Assembly: GCA_964016885.1 (NCBI GenBank)
Contig: OZ024740.1
Location: forward strand, 226,300,001-226,364,000
Direction: 5' to 3'
Origin: Eledone cirrhosa
Lineage: Eukaryota
DNA: 64,000 nucleotides
Part shown: positions 55,675-64,000 of the stretch, piece by piece
How positions within the stretch are numbered: position 1 is the stretch's first letter
Layout: the number at the start of each line of letters is the position of its first letter
Notes under the pieces: model-generated
Database searches by the model: none
The model's input: only the letters and a program-made list of their open reading frames with translations
Told to the model about the DNA's origin: nothing
Program-made: the position numbers and the translations under genes

Positions 55675-56218
55675 TGTTCATGAGTGATGGAAAGCAGGAG
55701 GTTAAATTAAATGCAAGAATTGCAGGAACTGCTACAGTAATGTGCCAACTTCAGCATTTGGTAATCAGAAGAAAGGGGGTAGGTGTAAAAGCCAAACTCA
55801 CTATCTTCAATTCAATATTTGTGCCTGTCAAACCTTATCTATAGTTATGAATTTTAGGTAATGACTGAAAGAATATGATCGCAAATACAAGAGATAATAT
55901 GATCACGAATATCAGAGAGTCACTCCAGGTAGAGCCGCTACTTGTCTGAATTGAGAGATCACAGCTCCGATATTATGGGTATGTGGTTAGAATGTCTCAG
56001 GAAAGAATTGCTGGACAGATTTTATGAGCAAAACAAATTGGCAGGAGACCCAGGCATAGACCATGAGGAAGATGGTTGGATAACATCCATGATTTTGGCT
56101 GGTCTCATTTAGAGATCCAGCCAGATTTTTGGAGACGGTTATTTTGACAGGACCCACAGAAAGGAGTGCTTCAAGACTCTGCCCCTACAAGTTAGGAATA
56201 AGTGGGTAAAGAAGAAGA
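55675..56218 (+). mobile_element. Degraded RTE 3' fragment
   Basis: MSDGKQEVKLNARI..KAKLTIFNSIFVP..SQLRYYGYVVRM..GRRPRHRP; (GAA)n-like end. Confidence 0.65.
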
Positions 56219-57411
56219 TATATATATATTTAACACATGTAAACATAAAATATTTTTAAATCATCTTAATTTCCTGAGTTAAGTTATACCTATTGAAACC
56301 CACCTCAACAGCTTCAACATGACCCTCTAGTAAGTTCATGTGTACGTACACTGGTTTATCTATCCCATAGAGTGCCAGGCATCTCCATTTTTCTTAAAAA
56401 GTTCCTCTAACTTCTGGTAACAACACACTGCCACAGTTAATACCATTCCACCTTATACTTTGGACCTGAATTATCCGTAATGTGAATTCTCTTTTATTCA
56501 TTATTTTGCTTACTTCATTTTCTTTCCTCTGTACATCTACTTCCTCATGTAAGGGACCATGAATGCATATATGAATGTGCATGGGCAAGTATAGGTTGTG
56601 TGTCTATCAATGTGTGTGTGCTTGTGGGTAATCTATAGGTCTCATGTACCTGCATATACTACTGCTATATGATCATGCAGATGTTTGCAAGGCTACGACA
56701 TGGACCCACTATATTTAGATCTTGCTTGCACCTGCATTCATATAAATACTTGCACACATTAGCTTAAGTACATACCCTCCTCTTTTTATCTGTACAACAA
56801 CTTAGATAATTGACTATGCACTATAGACTTACCGATGCTAATATGAAAGTGATAGCGATATGATGACCATTTTTACCCACTGACAGCTAACTGATAAAAA
56901 ATAGATTAATCAACTGTTTTATAACAATTTATGAACAAGAACGATTGACCATAGATTGACTAACATGACTCATTTAGTACACTGGCTACTTTCACCAATT
57001 AATACTCCAACCATGATAGTTCACATGTTCCTGTACTCTAATTTGCCAGTACTAGTAATTTTGTAGAACATGCTTACCTGATACTGAAATGTCAATATGT
57101 CTTCTATGGCAGGCATATCAAAAACAATAATAAAACTTTATTCATATTTACAATTAAATACCTATCTGATGACTATGTATCAGATAACTGTTGCATAATG
57201 ACTTGTGATGCCTTTAAAATGTATATAACAGGTATGATATAATAAAATAAACTGATGTTGAATATGTGATACCGCTTCGCTTCCTTTTCTTAATATTGAT
57301 ACTCCATTTGATACCATATATGCAATACCTTATGGTACCATAACATAGAGTGCGCCTGCATACACTATAGTTGGTTGATTGCTTGGATCAACCAACACTG
57401 ATTATCGATAT

Positions 57412-57600
57412 ATATAGTTATACTTTGGGAGGGTCCCTCCTTTGTTCTATCCTACTCCACCTTGTTTTGGTGTAGGACAGAACAAAGGAGAGACACAAAA
57501 TAAAAACCTAGTCGCTGAGGAGGTCACAGAATGTGTGACAAAAGAGTTTTGACAATATATAAACAACCTTCCGGTTATCGAAACAACCAACAAACCGGTA
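57412..57600 (+). mobile_element. Collapsed mini fold-back of the 27388-29350 pLTR with degenerate HHR (57511-57553)
   Basis: gttatactttgggagggtc, then ctcctttgttctatcctac / gtaggacagaacaaaggag hairpin, then GTCG-CTGAGGAG-GTCAC/GTGAC-AAAA. Confidence 0.7.
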
Positions 57601-57893
57601 TATATATACAAATGAATATATGAGAGGGATGAACACCGATATAAGTATACATGTGTTCGAATTGTAAATGACCAAGTTAGCCAGGTTGAAAAATACTAAT
57701 TTAAAATAATATGGTTTGCCTGTCTCGATTTAAAGTAATAAATAAAGAGTTTATAACTCAATATATGATATATATATATATATCATCATCATCTTTTATA
57801 TATATATATTAAATAAATGGAAACAGCAAAGCAAACAACACAGTACAGTGAAGAAATATATTAGTTTAACGCTTAATATAGTAGGAAAAGTGT

Positions 57894-58229
57894 ATCATCA
57901 TCATCATTTTACGTCCGCTTTTCCCTGCTTGCAAGGGTGAGACAGGAACTGATTCTGGCTTGATTTCTACAGCTGGATGCCCTTCCTAACACCAACCTCA
58001 TTTACAATGAATGCTGGGTGCTTTTTTGCCATGGCACCTCCACGACCACTTTGCAGTGGAATGATATGAACCCCAGTCCCTATCATCTCATTTCTACAGC
58101 TGAGTAAACTGGAGCAATGTGAAATAAAGTGTCTTGCTCAAGGAAACAACACATCACCTGGTCTGAGAATTGACCTCACAACCTTTCGATTGCAAGCCCA
58201 ATGCTCTAACCACTAAGCCATGTGCCTCC
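57894..58229 (-). mobile_element. CORE-type tRNA SINE, family A
   Basis: Colinear with the reverse complement of 45233-45577. Confidence 0.88.
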
Positions 58230-58399
58230 ATATGTATCTCTATATATATTTATAAACACAGTCACACAAATACACACACACACACATATATATATATATA
58301 TGTATATACATGTATTTGTATATACATAACACAAATCTGTGTCAAATTATTAATATAAGTGCATACATATATATGTGTGTGTGTGTATATATATATGTC

Positions 58400-58855
58400 A
58401 GGTCACCAGTTGGTGCTACTGGTAACATGTATCCCAGTACAACCTGTCTCATGGTCGGGTCGTTGGCGACTAAACTGGCAACCCCACCAAGGTTTCTTGG
58501 TGAGGAGGGTGACTTTGGACATCCTGCAGGACTAAAAACAAAACCTGTCAAAGGCCAAAGGAGTGCTTAAGAGTCATCCAAAATCACCGGGAGAGATGAC
58601 CCCTTAGCCTTTGTCAAGGCAGAATTCTAAGAGAAGGAAAACTCTGATATAACACCTGCAACTCTGATGGTATCCAATGATGTTGACTTGTTCTTTTTGG
58701 TAAATATCATCTTGGTTAAGAGAGTGGGGCTGGCTTTGTGCAGTGCCTTTGCTCACTATAAAAGCTTCACGGCACAGGCATTGCTTTATATCTGGAGATC
58801 TCTCTGCACTTGTCGTCACATGGTACCATGAGCCCAGCATTATGTGTCAATAATT
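58400..58855 (+). mobile_element. RTE 5'-UTR-like repeat
   Basis: Contains agagaaggaaaactctga, a motif recalled from RTE 5' UTRs, and a structured 5' end; homologous to 53150-53645. Confidence 0.55.
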
Positions 58856-59020
58856 GTCACAAGTGTAGTGTTTGTACCAGAGTTTTCAAGTCGCTGGCTG
58901 GACTAAAAAGTCACACTCGTTCAACGCATCGGTAGGGGTTCTCCTAGATGGATATAAAGTAGTGGCCGTACTCGAAAACGAGTTGGCAGCCACCATATAT
59001 ATATATATATATATATATAA

Positions 59021-59053
<33 letters not shown>

Positions 59054-59320
59054 TTTAAGTCCGCTTTTCCATGCTTGCAAGGGTGGGACGGGTCCTATTC
59101 TGCACAGCATCTCTCCACTTGTCACGGTCCATCGTCATCTCCACTGTGAGCTTCAGCGATCTGAAGTCTGTTCTCACCACCTCCGCCCATGTTTTTCATG
59201 GTCTTTTTCTACTATGTCTTCTCTCAACTGGCATTTCTTGGCACTTCTTCACCCATCGGTCATCCTTCATGCGCATCACATGTCCATACCATGGTAGTTT
59301 CCTCTCCCGCACACTACAAT
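59021..59320 (-). mobile_element. 3' fragment of the RTE family at 23011-24274
   Basis: High identity to the reverse complement of ~23990-24274. Confidence 0.88.
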
Positions 59321-59347
59321 TTATGATGATGATGATGATGATATATG

Positions 59348-59405
<58 letters not shown>

Positions 59406-60227
59406 GTGTATGTGTGTGTTTATAATCTCTTCACCTACTCACTAGTTCAGGAACATCAAACGTATAATGTGTTTAAGAAACTTTTCGAAACCTATTGCGA
59501 TGCCTTTTAATATTTAATGATGAAAATGTATTTTGTTTTCTTATTTTTAAGCATCAATTTTTTTATGTTTTTAGTGACTGCATTATGCAAAAATAATATT
59601 GAGATCCAGAGAAATCTACAATTTTGTTATTTCCATAGTTTAAAAATGTTTTCATATTTTTTCATAAAGTGGGGAAAAAATTGAATATAAGGAATTCAGA
59701 GATGCAAATGGTTTAGAATTATACTTTGATTTGAAAGTTATTTTTAAAAGACCGAATTAATTCCTCCCACTCAAATATATACAAACCACATCAGAAGGTT
59801 TGGACCTTGTAGCTCTTTCCAATAACAACAACAAAAATCTCTTATATGAAAGAAATAAGTATTTGTTATAATTTCTCTTTTTTTTGTGAGATTTATAGTT
59901 GTTATATATTTGTATATAGTGTTATTATGTTTTTCTTGTTTCATTTTATTCTTTTTCTACGTTATCCTGTAAACTTTTATCCAGCTTTTATTTATTTTAT
60001 TTATTTATTTATTTTTTGTTTCTGTTCTTGTCTACACAAAATTTCTTTCAGCTTTATATATTACAAAATGTTATATTCTATTTTAGTTCATTGCTAACAA
60101 CTAACTGCAGGAAAACTGGAGAAAAACACATTTTAATATTTTGAACTTTTCGGCTTGGTATTTCTAGTACCAACACTATATTACTATATCAAACCAACTG
60201 GCAATTTGGTACTAACATTATTTTACT

Positions 60228-60409
60228 GTGGGTTGGCAGTATCGGTAGAGAGTCGGACACCATGCTTTGAAGCATAGAGTTACGTCCCTTTATGATCTGA
60301 GTTCAAATCCCGCCGATGTTAACTTTGCCTTTCATCCTTACGGGGTCGATAAAATAAAGTACCAGTAATGTACTGGGTAATTGCTGGCCTTGTGCCTAAA
60401 ATAGAAACA
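60228..60409 (+). mobile_element. Nin/Deu-like tRNA SINE with 11-bp TSD
   Basis: TSD attattttact at 60217-60227 and 60410-60420; sits within a short ggtatttc..agtaccaacacta minisatellite. Confidence 0.88.
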
Positions 60410-61817
60410 ATTATTTTACTATATCTCAACAGCCTGGTATTTCAGTACCAACACTATTTCACTATATCATACCATCAGTCATGTACGTCTGTTAACTATT
60501 GCTATTTACACAACTTTCTGAACAACTCAGTAATTGTTTTACATTGGTGCTTTCACCCAAATTCTTCAAAAAAGCATTGCTATGAGATTTGTCACGTTTG
60601 AACACAACTTTTCTTCAGATTTAATTGACGAATATTATTTATTTTTCCAGTGTCTTTTGTACAAATGTTCAGTGCAGGGGACTTTTTATATTTCTTATAT
60701 TCAAACCAATTCAATAATTATTTTATTGTAATTTGGATTCAGTTTTCAATTATCTCTTTTTTTTTTTTGCAATAAAATTCAGATTGTTTTCTTTTTAATA
60801 TTTATTTTCATTCTTGTTCAAATTCATGTTTTGTCTAGCCTACCATTTCTGCTGATTCTTAAAAACATTCGAATCATGGACAAATGTCATAATTATTCTG
60901 AATTTTTACGGTCTGATTTCAACCGTTACCTATGGTTATTAAACTTGGGTAATGACCAAAAGAATATGATTGCAAATACAAGTGGCCAAAATGGGGTCAA
61001 TTACTAAGGTTAATTCCTCTCTCACTTCCTATATGCTAGCTGTATTGTAGTCACTGGTAGGAATATTCCTTTCCTCTAATATGACCATTTCTACTCAGGG
61101 GAAGAATATGGTTTTTGCAGGATATGGTACATGATGATGAAGATGTGTCTGCAGTTTTGTTTGTCTTACATCTTTCTGGCATCAATGTTTTAGTGAAGAA
61201 TTTTTGTCAACATAATTAGAAAAAAAATGCACGATAGTCATATATTTATTATGTTATCATCATCATTAAAATCAACATTTTTGCTTGAGCTTTTCCTATT
61301 GGCATAGGATAGATGAGATGTTTTGGGGGCAGTTTTTTCTCAAGTCAAATGACTTTCCTGATTCCATCCCATACTTTATTTTTGATAACTAGTGTAAACC
61401 AATTACCTCAATCAAACCATAAAGTGGTTGCAGAGGGACAGATACATGCATATACACAAACATTTAAATACATGACCACTCCATAGTGCAGCATTTACTC
61501 TTTTTCCTCCTTGCCTGCACAACTCACACAGCCAAACCTATCCCCCAATCACACAACCCCACTAGTATGGAAAGCTGTGTTCACTCCCTACCACACAATA
61601 TCCCCAGCCATCACTCACTTATCCTAAAGCTACCCTATCCTCCCTAGTAAAGCCCCATCTTAACCAAGGACACAATTGCACTTGTGTTGAAATGTGGTAG
61701 TACTGATTCCATAATAAATAAACTTAAGCACAATTTAGCATGCTGTGACCTAAGGAATACAATTGAGCTCAGCCAAAGTCAGTGTGTTGGGCCAACATCT
61801 TTTCATTATTTATATCA

Positions 61818-61950
61818 TAGTTACTTCCCTTTACGATCTGAGTTCAAATCCCGGCGAGGTTAACTTTGCCTTTCATCCTTGCGAGGTCGATAAAATAAAG
61901 TACCAGTAATGTACTGGATAATTGCTGGCCTTGTTCCAAAAGTAGAAACA
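61818..61950 (+). mobile_element. 5'-truncated Nin/Deu-like SINE with 13-bp TSD
   Basis: TSD attatttatatca at 61805-61817 and 61951-61963. Confidence 0.88.
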
Positions 61951-62089
61951 ATTATTTATATCAATTACATTATAGACACCATCAAGCACTGGAAAATAAG
62001 AATTTCTGAAGATAATTCCAAGCTCCAGAAGGAGTTGAAGGCCAGACATGCCTTCAATTAGATCTGCTTGCAGGGCAAAAAAGAAAAAT

Positions 62090-62790
62090 CAATATGCTAC
62101 TAAATAAAGATAAATTTCAATTAATCCACTTTGGGTAAGAGGATGCACTGAAGCTACCATATTCTCTTCCTTCAGGTAAAACCCTCATAGCATCCAACAA
62201 CCCTAGAGACCTTGGAGAAATTGTTGATGACAAATTAAGCTGGAGTACTCACATATACAACAAAATTGACATGGCCTATATGATGTGTTCCTGGATACTT
62301 AGAACCTTCCAGTTGAGAGGTTTTCACTTTACCAAACTTGGATACTGATGTCCACTGGGGTCTCCTTACATGAAACAAAGTATTAGGAAAATTGAAGTAC
62401 CCCAGAAGTCAATTACAAAAATGGTAGACAGCATGACAGGCCTTGACATTTGGGGGTCGACAATGAAAACTCATACTTTCCTCTCTCCATCTGTATGATG
62501 TGGAAAATATTCTATAAACATTACCTAAATGATGTTGGCATCAACGTTAAAATCCCTCCAAGGCTTGGTAGCTGTGCTAAATTGAACACAAATCTCTTAA
62601 CAACACTATGACAAAACTATTTCACCTCAACTGGTCCCTTTCTCTATAATATCATACCAAATTACATCAAAACATAAACAATCCCATAAAATTCAGAATG
62701 TCCCAACATAAATCCATTCAAGAAATTATGGATAAACACCCTACACTCCGCAAACTCTTTTACTAGAGTGGGCTATGGTGCCCAAAACAT
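62090..62790 (+). mobile_element. Degraded CR1-group LINE 3' fragment
   Basis: RDLGEIVDDKLSWSTHIYNKI..WILRTF..KLGY.CPL.SP..IE..QKSITK. Confidence 0.7.
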
Positions 62791-62914
62791 AATTGAGGTG
62801 TGTGAATCATGATCTGAAAAACTTTGCCTGGTGGTGATATTAAGTTAGACATGGTTTGGGCCAGTACTGGCAGAAATCTATCAAATTATAAGTCATATAA
62901 ATATATGTATATAT

Positions 62915-63490
62915 AAACATTTGTGTTGGAGCTCTGAAATAGCGATATATATATATGAATGTAGGAATTTTATATTTAATAATATACTGTATGATTATTT
63001 AAGAACATTTTGAAGGCCTTTCGCTAGGAATTTAAGGTAGAGTAAAAACAAAGGGGAATAACTGATGCGTTTCTCACTGTTTAGCGGTTATCAAGGTTGT
63101 ATACCCCTCCATTTTTTATATGAGTTGTACACGCTGGATTCTTATAGAATACTCATTATTTTTATCAGCTATTTAAACTCATTAACATACAGTGCGTTTG
63201 CTGGCCCAGCAACAATTAGAAATTTGTGTTGGAGCTCTGTAATAGCGTTGTATATATGAATGTACGTATTGTATATCTACAGCTCACAGCAAAAATGGAG
63301 GGGTTTATAACCTTCATAACCGCTAAACAGCATGAAATACGTCGGATATTCCCCTTTGTCTTTGCTGAAGCTAGGTATGTGACTATTGCCACTACCTTAA
63401 ATTCATAGCGAAAGGCCTTCAAAATATTTTTAAATAAACATACAGTATATTGTTAAATTTACAATACGTGCATTCATATATTCATATATA
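62915..63490. mobile_element. Fold-back module with ~170-200-bp arms and degenerate HHR (63361-63423)
   Basis: Arms ~62950-63117 / 63291-63480; direct repeat tttgtgttggagctctg.aatagcg at 62920 and 63223; TTTG-CTGAA-GCTA...TAGC-GAAA-GGCC-TT-CAAA. Confidence 0.65.
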
Positions 63491-64000
63491 TATATATACA
63501 ATGAATATGAAGGCCAGATTTCCATAATTCTCTTTATTACATAATTTGAAGTAATACGTATTTCTGTGGTGTCAGTTTATATGAGACACTTATGAGATTA
63601 TTGACACAATCTCTTCAGGTAGTATTTTAGGTAACACTTTTTATGTAATACATTTCTTAGGGAATGCAATCTAGTGACATTGAGGTGGACATGTTTTTGA
63701 TGTTGCTTTTCAAAAGTCCATCTTCATATGTTAGTACGAAAGAATGACAAAGCGCAGATGAGTTAAAGAAAAAGCTAAACTTAAGAGCAATCAGATATAG
63801 CATGCAAGAGATGAGATTGTGTTGTTATGGCTACACACTGCCTAGATGATGTTTGTTGAGTAAAGAAGTAACAGGAGTTTTAAGTAAAAGACAGTTGCAG
63901 ATGGAGAAAACCAAGGGAAACCTGACCAGAAGTGGTGAGAAATGATATCAGGATTCTGGGCCTCACGTGAGAGATGACAAAGGAACACAACAGGTAAAGG

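Overview
AT-rich animal DNA, probably intergenic or deep intronic, made almost entirely of retroelements and microsatellites. The SINE and LINE content suggests a cephalopod such as Octopus (inference). No host gene exon can be supported, and most ORFs in the track are microsatellite or antisense artefacts. Contents: (1) a full-length but decayed Tx1/L1-type LINE nested in the (ATT)n tail of a SINE; (2) three different R4/Dong-type restriction-like-endonuclease LINEs stacked head-to-tail in one (TAA)n tract; (3) several RTE LINE fragments, two with a PHD-type finger inside the RT C-terminus; (4) CR1/L2 fragments; (5) two tRNA-derived SINE groups, one CORE-type (mostly with an RTE tail) and one Nin/Deu-like with target-site duplications that begin with ATTAT; (6) mariner-like MITEs; (7) at least four families of Penelope-like elements (PLEs). 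The most striking signal is a dense set of type I hammerhead ribozyme (HHR) folds, mostly at 27-45 kb. About 17 motifs, some partial or degenerate, from roughly ten unrelated sequence families were read by eye. Most lie in short modules bounded by (TA)n. Several have very large (78-105 nt) domain II insertions, and several sit in ORF-less fold-back palindromes that place a ribozyme on each strand or next to its own antisense. All folds are manual and need covariance-model and cleavage tests.
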